The notes under the pieces were generated by a model. It saw nothing but the letters and a program-made list of their open reading frames with translations, made no database searches and was not told where the DNA came from. Shown in pieces: positions 1 to 9,804 of a DNA stretch of 64,000 bases. This DNA is from a virus. The stretch's first letter is position 1; each line of letters opens with the position of its first letter. The translations under genes were made by a program, and so were the position numbers. The stretch lies in IMG/VR virus record IMGVR_UViG_3300042453_004296, positions 6,015-70,014 of that record; one strand, given 5' to 3'.

Positions 1-856
1 TATATGAAAATGGTTGAGATTCATCTTTGTCTGTTTTGGCATGCATTGATACAGCTATAATAAATACTGGTTCTCCTTCGTACATTCCCATCTCACCTGC
101 TTCTAAAGGAGGTAATTCACCTAGTATTTCTTTAATTAAAAGATGAATTTGAGAACGTAATACTGACTCTTTTAGGTCACCGTATCCTGATGATTTGTAT
201 TTACCTTTGGGTTCTTTTGGTTCACCCAATCCTGGTGCTTCGGTTTGGTAGCCTATTCCTTTAACCCCAAACTGTCCGTTTTTAACATAATGTTGGCGGT
301 CTTTAGCTAAGTTTTTAGCAACAATAGCTCTTAATTCTTCAACATCTTTATCAGCATTAGCTGGGTCTCTCAGTTCGGTGTAATATCCTTTTAAAAATTC
401 TTCACCAAATAAGTTATCATAATTTTTTTCGTCTTTGTAATCAAAATTATGTTTTTGGTTATCTAATACTTCTTTAGATGGCTCTTCTTTTTCTTTAGCT
501 TCTCTAAGACTACGGTAGTTAATTGGGGAAATATTAGCATCAGCAGTATCTTTTTCTTCAAAATCCTCAATAGATGCCGTAAATTCATCTTCATCTTCCT
601 TATCCTCTTCATCCTTAAGCTTGCTCATATTCTCATTAAAGATAGCATGCCAATCTTGTTTTTTACCTGTAGTTACTAGGCCACCTAATCCTTCACTGAT
701 GATGCTTCTGTTTTTAAGGATAGTAACTGTATCTTCAAATGTGTTAACAGGTGAAAGCATGTTTGGAAATTGGCGTAATGCTGATTTTAAGAAATATGCT
801 TTATTTCCTTTACCTTCTTTAATAAGGTTATATTGTTCTTGTAGTGTTTTTTCCAT
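1..856 (-). CDS. Hypothetical virion-associated protein, partial (runs off the window edge)
   Basis: Not in the ORF track. ATG at 856 gives MEKTLQEQYNLIKEGKGNKAYFLKSALRQFPNML..., apparently open towards position 1; lies 3 nt downstream of the 860..1363 stop. Confidence 0.75.
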   Translation of the reverse strand, partial: MEKTLQEQYNLIKEGKGNKAYFLKSALRQFPNMLSPVNTFEDTVTILKNRSIISEGLGGLVTTGKKQDWHAIFNENMSKLKDEEDKEDEDEFTASIEDFEEKDTADANISPINYRSLREAKEKEEPSKEVLDNQKHNFDYKDEKNYDNLFGEEFLKGYYTELRDPANADKDVEELRAIVAKNLAKDRQHYVKNGQFGVKGIGYQTEAPGLGEPKEPKGKYKSSGYGDLKESVLRSQIHLLIKEILGELPPLEAGEMGMYEGEPVFIIAVSMHAKTDKDESQPFSY

Positions 857-859
857 GTT

Positions 860-1363
860 TTATTTTGTAAATAATTCTATTACGTCGTCTAAAAGTGAAT
901 TTGCTAAATCAGTACCATAAACTGCTTTAAATTGAGGATTTTCTCTATATGAATTTATAGTATCTTTTTTAGCATCTCCTATCAATGTAATAAGTTGTTT
1001 TAACTTATCAGATAAAGTATTGTAATCACCTAAACGACCAGCAATGTATTTTTTTACTTCTTCATCGTCTGTAGGTAAGGTTGCAATGTATGATTCAATA
1101 TCAAATGCTGCTTGTTCTTCCCATAGTTGTTTTACTTCAATACCTTTAGCAGCTTTATTTAATGCTTTTTGATTAACAGGTTTAAATCCTAATTTATAGT
1201 AATAGATATGTTCTGCACCTTTAGCTCCTTTTTTAGGGTTAAAAGCATATGGTGTAGCATAATTAGCACCAGCCCCTGGGGTAAAATGTGCCCCAGTTCC
1301 AGTAGCGCTCATTTCTTTTATGCGCTTGTTTACTAATTCTTTTATTTTATCTTTTTTACTCAT
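860..1363 (-). CDS. Hypothetical protein (head region)
   Basis: 167 aa ORF overlapping the upstream gene by 4 nt; leader MSKKDKIKELVNKRIKE. Confidence 0.8.
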   Translation of the reverse strand: MSKKDKIKELVNKRIKEMSATGTGAHFTPGAGANYATPYAFNPKKGAKGAEHIYYYKLGFKPVNQKALNKAAKGIEVKQLWEEQAAFDIESYIATLPTDDEEVKKYIAGRLGDYNTLSDKLKQLITLIGDAKKDTINSYRENPQFKAVYGTDLANSLLDDVIELFTK

Positions 1364-2217
1364 GCTAATGTAGTCTCTAATTCTTCAACTAATTGATAAT
1401 ATTGCAACAAGTTTACCAAATTATCATCTGATGCTTTATCATTTTTACTTAATGGGGATAGTATAGTAATTATCTCATTAATTTTAATTTGAGTAGCTTT
1501 ATCAGTAACTGATTTATTAAGGTTAGTTAAATGAGTTTTGATTTCATTAACTTTAGTGTTGTAAAATTCTTTTAATTTAGGAGTACTGTCAACACTGTTA
1601 ATAAATTCTTTTAAAACCATTTTCTGGTTTTCATTTAGGTTTGAGTACTTATCATTAAATTTCTCAAGTAATACTCGGTATGTTAGTACGCGGATATCTT
1701 TATCTTGATTTTTAAACTCTTCTAGGATATTGTTTTGAACCTCATTTTTGTCAATAGTTGACTGGGTTAAATGTTCTAGAAGAGCTGTTTTGTTCTCAAT
1801 GATTTGAGTAGGGTTAGATAAGTTTTCACTGTTATACACTTCTAACAAAGTATACAGGGCAGCTTGTGCCTTATAATTAGGTAATTTTGTTTTGAAAAAT
1901 TCTTCAATATTATAATTAGCCTTAATTTCTTTAATTAGGTTGTATTTTTGTCTTTTAAGTGCGGAGCGATTTAACTGCTTTGAGCTTTCAATAAGAGTAG
2001 TAATTACCATATCCGCTTTAGCTTCACTAATACTAGTATACTTAAAAAGACCTTCGTATAACTTATACTCTCTTCCTAATTCGGTTTTAGTAAAATATTT
2101 CTTTAAAATATTCGCAGCTTTTGATTCAGTACCCGATAAGGTATCAGCGGTAATTTGTCTTACAAGAAGCTCAAAAAGGATACCAGTATTTTTGTACTTT
2201 GAATGTTTAATAGTCAT
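1360..2217 (-). CDS. Helical hypothetical protein downstream of portal (possible head assembly protein)
   Basis: 285 aa ORF; late-type motif ATATTTATA at 2238-2246. Confidence 0.8.
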   Translation of the reverse strand: MTIKHSKYKNTGILFELLVRQITADTLSGTESKAANILKKYFTKTELGREYKLYEGLFKYTSISEAKADMVITTLIESSKQLNRSALKRQKYNLIKEIKANYNIEEFFKTKLPNYKAQAALYTLLEVYNSENLSNPTQIIENKTALLEHLTQSTIDKNEVQNNILEEFKNQDKDIRVLTYRVLLEKFNDKYSNLNENQKMVLKEFINSVDSTPKLKEFYNTKVNEIKTHLTNLNKSVTDKATQIKINEIITILSPLSKNDKASDDNLVNLLQYYQLVEELETTLA

Positions 2218-2257
2218 TCTATGAGTATATTTTTATCTATAAATATATGAATTTTTT

Positions 2258-4141
2258 TTATTCTCGTATTTGTGATTCATCTAATAGCGAAGAATCATTC
2301 TTTTTTAATGAGATTTTTTTATCTAAAGATTCAATAAGTGATTTATTTTTTAGCATAGTTTCTAATGCTAACGGTGAACCGCCTTTAAAGTTGTTTTTTA
2401 ACGACTTATCTTCACCACTATTGTCACCTTTCTTCATACCTACACTACCTAATCTGTCTTTACCCAATGCATTATCTTGAGTGCCAATATTAGATGCTTT
2501 TTCCTCAGGACGACCTAATTTTAAATCCTCATCATATCCATCAGGTAAACTGTTGTAGCGACCTGCTCCATATAATGCTGCTAAGTCGTGAGGTGTACCG
2601 TATGACTTACCTGATTCTAATGGGTCATTACCTTCGTTTTCGATTTGTTTTAGTCTGAAGGTACGTTTTTGGTCTTCAGCAATCAAATCACGGTATTCAT
2701 CATATTGGTCTTGGCTCAAGTGGAATATGTTATCATAAATCCAATCAGTAGGTAATAATTTAGTTTCCATCATTTGGCGAGCTAAATCTACTTTTTCTTT
2801 CATCAATGCTATTCTCTCTTGATCATAAATGATAGAAGGAGTAGTTAATGATAATTCGAAATTGGTTAACGATTCGTTCTTATATCCTTGAGTATATAAA
2901 TGTACTAAAGCTATCTTGTATAGTTCTGATAGTATAATACGTTGGATGCGATCAATTGTGCGGGCAAAACGAATATCTTCGGCTGCTAATGTTGCTTTAC
3001 CAGTTAAATCTTTTTCATAACCCATGAATGCTTTAGGTACTTTTAAAGCAGCAAATAATTTATCTCTTAAATAAACTACGTCTTCAATTGCTGTATAATC
3101 CATACCTTTAGTAGGTTCAATTTTAGTAGCACTATCATTACCTCTAACCGGTATATAGAAATCTTCTAAAATATTTTGTTGGTTATACTTCATGTTATAT
3201 TCACCAGTTTGAGGGTCAATAAATGGAGTTTTCTTCATTGTATTGATAGTCTTCTGCATGAAGTTTTCTACTTCATTTGGTGGAATAGAACCAACGTTGA
3301 TATAGAAAATACGTTTTTCTGGGGCGCGAACAATACGATGGATTAGCATTGCGTCTTCCATCAAGATATACTGCTTGTATAATTTACGAGCAGGTTCTAA
3401 ATATGATCTTCCATATGGTAAATAATTCACATCAGTAATTAATCTGAAGTGGGCCATCTCATAGTTATCAAAGTATATTCGGCTATCATCTTTTTTAGAT
3501 GATTGGGTACTTTGGCCTCCAATTCCATAATAACCTGATCCACCAGCATATCCATCTGGTGAGAATGCGAATCTTATTTCAGCTGGTTTCTTTATATCAT
3601 AGTTTTCTTGTCTTTCGATATGATATGCAGTGTATGGTATAACATTATATACGCCAAATTTTTCTGCTATTTCTAATTTTAAGAAAAAGTCACCATACTT
3701 ACACATTTGACGGATCCAAGACCATAAATTAAACTCAATGTTTAATACATCATAGAATAAGTTGTATAATATTTTTTGTATATCTTCGTCGCTACTTTTA
3801 ATTTGAAGTACCTCACCCATATCGTTCTTGAGAGTACATTCGTCTGCGATTATATCCAAAGCAGATGCGATAATAGCATCAGTATCCATCGCATCGTAGT
3901 CAGAGTAAATTTGAGTGCGTAAGTACTTCCAGTTAATATTTAATTGGGCGCCAAATAAAGATGTACTGTTGCTTGAGTAGATACGATTGTATCTATCTAT
4001 AAGAGAATTTGTTTGGTATTCTCCGGTCATTTGGATGCTGTTAACATCCATTACCTTTAATTCATTTCCTCCAGCATTTCTGATTATTACATCAGTTGCA
4101 AATAATCGCTGCAGACGTGAAAATATACTAGTATCGGCCAT
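2258..4141 (-). CDS. Portal protein, T4 gp20-like
   Basis: Motifs YGRSYLEPARK..LMEDAMLIHRIVRAPEKRIFYINVG, EDFYIPVRG and YLRDKLFAALKVP are typical of gp20 portals; adjacent to terminase. Confidence 0.93.
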   Translation of the reverse strand: MADTSIFSRLQRLFATDVIIRNAGGNELKVMDVNSIQMTGEYQTNSLIDRYNRIYSSNSTSLFGAQLNINWKYLRTQIYSDYDAMDTDAIIASALDIIADECTLKNDMGEVLQIKSSDEDIQKILYNLFYDVLNIEFNLWSWIRQMCKYGDFFLKLEIAEKFGVYNVIPYTAYHIERQENYDIKKPAEIRFAFSPDGYAGGSGYYGIGGQSTQSSKKDDSRIYFDNYEMAHFRLITDVNYLPYGRSYLEPARKLYKQYILMEDAMLIHRIVRAPEKRIFYINVGSIPPNEVENFMQKTINTMKKTPFIDPQTGEYNMKYNQQNILEDFYIPVRGNDSATKIEPTKGMDYTAIEDVVYLRDKLFAALKVPKAFMGYEKDLTGKATLAAEDIRFARTIDRIQRIILSELYKIALVHLYTQGYKNESLTNFELSLTTPSIIYDQERIALMKEKVDLARQMMETKLLPTDWIYDNIFHLSQDQYDEYRDLIAEDQKRTFRLKQIENEGNDPLESGKSYGTPHDLAALYGAGRYNSLPDGYDEDLKLGRPEEKASNIGTQDNALGKDRLGSVGMKKGDNSGEDKSLKNNFKGGSPLALETMLKNKSLIESLDKKISLKKNDSSLLDESQIRE

Positions 4142-4169
4142 TTATTATGTTAAATTATATCAATAAATA

Positions 4170-5741
4170 TTATAGTAACCAGCTAATGTCCTCAGCTCCG
4201 TGACCATAGTTTATTTGATATGGGTTATTATATGTATTGGGGTTATATGCCCCTTGAAAATTCGGTCTTGTATTAGCTATATTTGAAAGCATAGCACGAG
4301 CTAAATCAACTCCTTGTGATTTAAATTTAAGAGCAGTGTCTCTTACATACATTGCTGTTCCAAAACTCATAACTAAGTCGTCATTATATCCTGATTGTGC
4401 TTCTGCTTTACCATTTTTCCAAATAAACACTTTCATTTCTTCAACTAAACGTTTAGATTGTATAATAACACTTTTATCACCAACGTATTCTCTAAACTTA
4501 TTAATAACTAGTGGTCTGGTTCTTAAATTCATTGTAAATCCAGGTACTAGTTTTGATGGATCATCTAGTTTATCTAAATAAGACTCAGCATTTATAGCTT
4601 CAGTTTTAGGAGAATAATATAAGTTTCTATATCCTCTTTCTTGAATTGCATCTAAAGTTGCCCATCCAATATTATTATTTTCAACAACTAACAATGCTTC
4701 ATTGTATTCGGTTGATATTGCTACTAACAAGTAACCAAATTCTTTTGGTGATAATTGTCCTTTATATTCACCTACTTGGGTATTAGTATCAATATCTATA
4801 ATATGGAATGCGGAATGGTCTTTACTATCCCCTCGAGCAACGTCAGCCACAACCATATAACTACGAGTATAATCGGCTGGTTCCCATATCCATAGGTTAC
4901 GATCTGCTCCTCGTCTTTCCAAGGGATCTTTAACATATGTTTGAGTAATAAATTCAAGATACTCAGGGTAAAATACAACATCACCTGAGGTGTTAAAGTC
5001 GCAATCACATTCTTGTGCCGCCATTCTAGGGTCACCTAGCAATTCATCTTGTCTTTTTCTCCAGGTTTCATCTCGTTCAGGGTGAACATACCATGGTAAT
5101 TTAATAGGCAAAAATTGGTTTTCACCTGCTTCTGCTTTAACCCACGTTTGGTGAAACCAGTTACCTGTACCGTATGGGGTAGATAATACAATTGCTCCTC
5201 CTCCGGTGGCTAATGTTTGTTGAGCAGATGCCCAAATTTCACCAATACCATCAATGAATGCGGCCTCATCTATGATTAACAAAGAAACAGCTTCGGATCG
5301 ACCTGCATCGCCTGCTGCTGATACTGCTTTAACTTGAGAGCCATTACTTAGTCGTAATGTTAATTTATTATTTTCTTCAGCGTTTATTCTTAACCAGGAA
5401 GGTAGGTTTTCATACATGAATTTAACTTTCGTTACCATGTTTTTAGCTGTCTCCTGCTTAGTTGCGATACATAAGATATTTTTATCTTTATGGAATAACA
5501 TTAACCATAAAGAATAACCTGCTACTAGAGTTGAGATACCTAGCTGTCTAGATTTAAGTATTATATCATATGGATTATCTCTCCATAAGTGTAATACTTT
5601 TTCTTGGAACGGGTATAGGTTAAAAATAATTCGGCCACGTTGTGGGTGTTGAATGTGGCAGTATTTCTTCATGAAGTGTGCCGGGTCTTGAGCGCACTTA
5701 AGATATTCCTCTCGGATTATTTGTTTTAAATCTTGGGACAT
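4170..5741 (-). CDS. terL: Terminase large subunit (T4 gp17-like)
   Basis: Walker A-like KSRQLGIST, Walker B LLIIDEAAF, coupling motif LSTPYG, RNase H-like nuclease VADVARG and DDLVMS. Confidence 0.95.
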   Translation of the reverse strand: MSQDLKQIIREEYLKCAQDPAHFMKKYCHIQHPQRGRIIFNLYPFQEKVLHLWRDNPYDIILKSRQLGISTLVAGYSLWLMLFHKDKNILCIATKQETAKNMVTKVKFMYENLPSWLRINAEENNKLTLRLSNGSQVKAVSAAGDAGRSEAVSLLIIDEAAFIDGIGEIWASAQQTLATGGGAIVLSTPYGTGNWFHQTWVKAEAGENQFLPIKLPWYVHPERDETWRKRQDELLGDPRMAAQECDCDFNTSGDVVFYPEYLEFITQTYVKDPLERRGADRNLWIWEPADYTRSYMVVADVARGDSKDHSAFHIIDIDTNTQVGEYKGQLSPKEFGYLLVAISTEYNEALLVVENNNIGWATLDAIQERGYRNLYYSPKTEAINAESYLDKLDDPSKLVPGFTMNLRTRPLVINKFREYVGDKSVIIQSKRLVEEMKVFIWKNGKAEAQSGYNDDLVMSFGTAMYVRDTALKFKSQGVDLARAMLSNIANTRPNFQGAYNPNTYNNPYQINYGHGAEDISWLL

Positions 5742-5755
5742 AACCTTTTATTATA

Positions 5756-5947
5756 TTACCCTACAGTAATGCTACCACCACTTTGTAATTTTTTCTCAGC
5801 ATCTATTTTAGCTTGAGTATTCAATGTGTTATAATCTGGGTCTTTTTTCATGTCATCTACTGCTTTTTTACCAGCATAAGTCCCAGCTTCACCTAATATT
5901 TCGGTGATATTTTCTTCAATGAATTTTTTTAGTTCAGATCGTTTCAT
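5756..5947 (-). CDS. Small hypothetical protein with leader motif
   Basis: 63 aa, MKRSELKKFIEENITEILGE; late motif at 5961-5969. Confidence 0.75.
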   Translation of the reverse strand: MKRSELKKFIEENITEILGEAGTYAGKKAVDDMKKDPDYNTLNTQAKIDAEKKLQSGGSITVG

Positions 5948-5968
5948 ATATAGGTTTTGGTATAAATA

Positions 5969-6499
5969 TCAAAGACCCATGTAAGATTTGATCTGCTCAA
6001 TTCTTTGCTCTGTTGTACCTGATATGATGCCTATGCTTTTGATATGGTGTAGGTTTTCAAATATAGTATTTTTAATAGCCATATCAATTAAATTACGATA
6101 ATCAGCATCTGTTTCTCTAACACCATTATCCTCAATATCTACACCAGCAGGTGATACATAAAATATATAATCATAATCCCAGATGAATGGAGCAGCATAT
6201 TTAGTAAATGCTACTTTATCTTCATCATGGATTGATTGAGCACATTTAGCAAATGAAATAACATCAATAACTGTTCTATCAGTAATAACATTTTCTCTCA
6301 TTAATTCAGAACAACGTTCAGCTAAAAATATTGTTTGTCCCTTTAATGTACTGTCTGTATTTAATGGAATACCTAAATCACGTAAGTATTTACTACGTTC
6401 AGTAGCAAAAAAATAATCCTTAAATTCAGGTAATTCTTTTAAAGCATTTACTAATGTAGATTTACCTACACTCATTGTCCCACAAAATCCTATCTTCAT
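5969..6499 (-). CDS. P-loop NTPase / nucleotide kinase-like protein (NadR/AAA_28-type)
   Basis: N-terminal GTMSVGKST, DRTVID and EDNGVR motifs. Confidence 0.8.
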   Translation of the reverse strand: MKIGFCGTMSVGKSTLVNALKELPEFKDYFFATERSKYLRDLGIPLNTDSTLKGQTIFLAERCSELMRENVITDRTVIDVISFAKCAQSIHDEDKVAFTKYAAPFIWDYDYIFYVSPAGVDIEDNGVRETDADYRNLIDMAIKNTIFENLHHIKSIGIISGTTEQRIEQIKSYMGL

Positions 6500-7050
6500 A
6501 ATACTATCTTTTTTTCGTGTCCTACTATAATTGTAGGATCAATATACGACTTATATCCTCTCTGCCTAGCTTTTTCTTGGAAAGTAAAATCTTCCCACTG
6601 GTCAGGGTCAATAGGTTCAAATGGATCTATTATATAATCAAATACTTCACGTTTAACTAGCATGAAACCCATTCCATTTGCTTTTACTTCAATTAAATCT
6701 GTTTGACTTTCAATATCATTAACAGTTAATGTTCGACCATCTAATCCACAGCAAGCAAATATATCTGGTGTTTTTTTGTATATTCCTGAAACTATAGGTA
6801 GGTTATGGTTTACTAGTTTTTCAAGCATTTGAAAATTGAATACTTGATCACTATCAATCCACATATAGTGGGTTGGTCTTAGCATTTTAGCTCGGTCAAG
6901 TAATGCTTGTCTGTTGTAGAATATATTTGGAACATATCCAGTAATATGAAACCAATCCCATTCTTTAGGGATTGATTTCAATGTACTTATCCAACTATTT
7001 AGAAATTTTTCTGAGAACTCCCGTCCTGGGAGGATAAAACCTATTTTCAT
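6496..7050 (-). CDS. Glycosyltransferase, GT-A/family 2-like
   Basis: WIDSD (DxD), GMGFMLVKREVF, EDFTF and C-terminal VGH motifs. Confidence 0.8.
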   Translation of the reverse strand: MKIGFILPGREFSEKFLNSWISTLKSIPKEWDWFHITGYVPNIFYNRQALLDRAKMLRPTHYMWIDSDQVFNFQMLEKLVNHNLPIVSGIYKKTPDIFACCGLDGRTLTVNDIESQTDLIEVKANGMGFMLVKREVFDYIIDPFEPIDPDQWEDFTFQEKARQRGYKSYIDPTIIVGHEKKIVL

Positions 7051-7051
7051 A

Positions 7052-7309
7052 TTAAAATCTTTGTTTTGCTACACCTGACTTGTACCATGGTAAGCCATCA
7101 CCTGATTTTTTAGCTTTCTTCCAGCTGTCTTTAGTGTGTTCAAAACCATTAATAAAATATTCTTCTTTTCCGTCTGGGTGGATTACTGCTGGGCCATCCC
7201 AATTGTGTAGTTTACCATCTTTCATGTAGCGTACTACTCCATCTTTTGATGTGTACTTTTTAACTTGCAATGTTTCATCTACAACTAGTGGTTTTACTTC
7301 TTTACTCAT
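7052..7309 (-). CDS. Small hypothetical protein with LH..DGPA repeat-type motif
   Basis: GKLHNWDGPAVIHPDGKEEYFING; early-type promoter core at 7328-7338. Confidence 0.75.
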   Translation of the reverse strand: MSKEVKPLVVDETLQVKKYTSKDGVVRYMKDGKLHNWDGPAVIHPDGKEEYFINGFEHTKDSWKKAKKSGDGLPWYKSGVAKQRF

Positions 7310-7345
7310 ATGTTATTAATTTTTTGTAAATATACGACTAAAAAT

Positions 7346-8641
7346 TTAAGAAAGCAAATTTTCAGCTACATAAATTCCTTGTGCTCCACTAACTGTAATA
7401 CCACGAGCAGATAAAGCATCTCCCACAAAGTGCACATTAGGATAATCTACTAATGCTAGGTTTTTATAGTCTACTAATGGCTCAGGGCTTAAGTATTTTA
7501 CTTCAGGGATGTAAATTCCATAGTCGTTTCTAAATTCAAATATTTTGTTCATTTGGTCAATGAAATCAGTAATATATTTAGCATATTCACCCATTGCTTC
7601 TTCAAATACTTTTAAATTTGATATTTGGGTAGCTGATACTTTAGTACCTTCAGATGTTAGGCCTGGTGTTCTAGATGGGCTATAGTATAATCCTTTATCA
7701 TCAATTTGTAATTTTTTAACTACATTTCTTGACCATTCAAATGGATTTTCAATGCCTTTAATTTCCATCAAAATACCAAAGTTAGTCATATCATTACGAT
7801 ATTGTTCACCTTTTTTAGCATGACCATTGTAACTAATATCACCATATGTTTCTTCTACTGCTACATAAGCTGCGTTATTGTTAGTACAGAATGAACGTAA
7901 TGATACATTATTGAATTTTTGGTATAATTTAAAATCATAACTAATATCAATTAGTTTTTGGAAGTATTTTTGTGGTGCTTCAAAACGAACTCCAATTTGT
8001 ACCGATTTAGGTTCTGTTGGTAAGTTATAATTATCTGCTAATTGCTTACCAAAATCAATACCTGATTTGCCTACAGCAAATATAAGTTTGTCATAATCAT
8101 AATAGTCTGCTAATTTAGGATCTTCACATACTGTTATTAATTCTTGTTTTTGGAAATTAATATCAATAACTTCAGTTTCCCATTCAAATCTAACACCTTT
8201 ATCAACTAAATATGAATACCATGTTTTAGCAATTTCATGTAGATAATTTGAACCAATATGCCATACTGGGAATAAGCGTAATCCAAAGTATGGTTTAATG
8301 AAATCAGGTTCTGCTTGTGGGTCAGAGCAAAATATTTCTTCTGGTTTAGGATGGAAACGTCTAAAGTTACTAATAACTTGGTCCATTAACTCCATTGCTT
8401 TCTCTTCACCACAATACTTTGATAGTACACCTCCGATAGCAGTGTGGTATGTTAATTTACCATCTGACCATCCACCAGCACCTAGCATACCTGTCATTAC
8501 TTCTTCAGGTAAACGATTATGTGGGTCATTTCCTTTGTCTATAATGGTGATTAACTCACCTGGGTAGCCGTTATCGACTAATTTTGTTGCAGCATTTATG
8601 CCCGCTACACCGGCGCCTATAATTACTATTTTCTTGTTCAT
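7346..8641 (-). CDS. FAD-dependent oxidoreductase (uncharacterised dehydrogenase family)
   Basis: Rossmann GAGVAG, GAGGWSDGKL, RSFCTN, NGH and C-terminal FVGDA motifs. Confidence 0.88.
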   Translation of the reverse strand: MNKKIVIIGAGVAGINAATKLVDNGYPGELITIIDKGNDPHNRLPEEVMTGMLGAGGWSDGKLTYHTAIGGVLSKYCGEEKAMELMDQVISNFRRFHPKPEEIFCSDPQAEPDFIKPYFGLRLFPVWHIGSNYLHEIAKTWYSYLVDKGVRFEWETEVIDINFQKQELITVCEDPKLADYYDYDKLIFAVGKSGIDFGKQLADNYNLPTEPKSVQIGVRFEAPQKYFQKLIDISYDFKLYQKFNNVSLRSFCTNNNAAYVAVEETYGDISYNGHAKKGEQYRNDMTNFGILMEIKGIENPFEWSRNVVKKLQIDDKGLYYSPSRTPGLTSEGTKVSATQISNLKVFEEAMGEYAKYITDFIDQMNKIFEFRNDYGIYIPEVKYLSPEPLVDYKNLALVDYPNVHFVGDALSARGITVSGAQGIYVAENLLS

Positions 8642-8739
8642 GTTGTAAATATAATAAGGAAAGCCGTAGCTTCCAAAATGGAGCCACAGCTTCCTAATAA
8701 TTTGTTATTAAATCGACAGGCTATGAATCTGTCTATAAA

Positions 8740-9744
8740 TTATTTATTTTTTAAATCTGCAGGGTCTATTAAATATAATATATACCCTGATATTCTGTTT
8801 CTTACTTTTGCAAAATCTTTAGTTAACATTTGGGCTCTTCTTAAATAGCTTAGTCGTGTTGATTCTAATTCTTTATATTGGGTTTGAAGAACAGGTGATG
8901 TATTAAATTTAGGGTGTTGTTTTATTTTTTGTATTTGGTCAATAACTTCTTGCTCTTTTTCAGATGGTTGAGAGTATTCTGTTTCTAGTTTAACAACTAA
9001 TTTATCTATAGTTCTAAATATCTTTAAAAAATCAGTACCAGTATGAAGGTTATCATCTATAATCAATAATGTTTTTCCTTGAGTTATACATTTTACAAAA
9101 ACATCATATATAGGAGGTAAAGGCTGGTTTGGTAGGTTTGGGTGTAAACCTATGTCATACTTAGTATGAAGTCTTTGGATTATTTTGGATTGGGTCTCTC
9201 CTGATTTTCGGATTGAATATTTTGGGGGTTGCTCAGCTTGTTTATATAAATAACTTATTATGGCTTTTTGTATAGGTTCTGATTCTTTTCTGAATTGCTC
9301 CCAGTCAACAGCATCATCTATATTTTCGTATTTGATTTTGCTTATGTTTATAATGTTTTCATCACTAACATTATATATATTTTTGATAGTATCAAGTAAT
9401 ATTTGGTTTAATGCTCCTGTTGATTCTAAAAATCCAATATAGTCTATACTAGGTAATTGAGGTTTAAGAGTTGTAGTGATAAGAGCCTTTAAATCGTTTT
9501 GGTTGATTTTATTATTTGTGTCATATTTTAAAGCATCTTCAGCTGCTTTAGTACCGGGCATTTTAGATGACTCTAAACTATAAAACACATTATAAAAATC
9601 AGTTTTTCGTATTCCTCTAATTGTATGAAGTTGTTCACCATCTATTGGGGATGGAGATATATCTATAGCATTTACTATATTATTAGCATCAAATGTTACT
9701 TTAACTCCTTCAACTATATTTTTTAATATACTAATTAGTTTCAT
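8740..9744 (-). CDS. Phosphoribosyltransferase-like protein
   Basis: PRPP-binding-like motif LLIIDDNLHTGTDF; probable start MKLISILK at 9744, just after the late motif at 9748-9756. Confidence 0.6.
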   Translation of the reverse strand: MKLISILKNIVEGVKVTFDANNIVNAIDISPSPIDGEQLHTIRGIRKTDFYNVFYSLESSKMPGTKAAEDALKYDTNNKINQNDLKALITTTLKPQLPSIDYIGFLESTGALNQILLDTIKNIYNVSDENIINISKIKYENIDDAVDWEQFRKESEPIQKAIISYLYKQAEQPPKYSIRKSGETQSKIIQRLHTKYDIGLHPNLPNQPLPPIYDVFVKCITQGKTLLIIDDNLHTGTDFLKIFRTIDKLVVKLETEYSQPSEKEQEVIDQIQKIKQHPKFNTSPVLQTQYKELESTRLSYLRRAQMLTKDFAKVRNRISGYILYLIDPADLKNK

Positions 9745-9757
9745 ATCTATAAATATC

Positions 9758-9783
9758 AAAAAAGGCTCACTATTGTGAGCCTA
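9758..9783 (-). terminator. Rho-independent terminator
   Basis: AGGCTCAC-AATA-GTGAGCCT followed by a T run on the minus strand. Confidence 0.8.
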
Positions 9784-9804
9784 ATTTAAAATATGTTTTA
9801 AAGA

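Noticed and set aside
2258-5741. Intron or intein in portal or terminase
   Set aside because: Both ORFs are continuous and of ordinary length, with no splicing motifs seen
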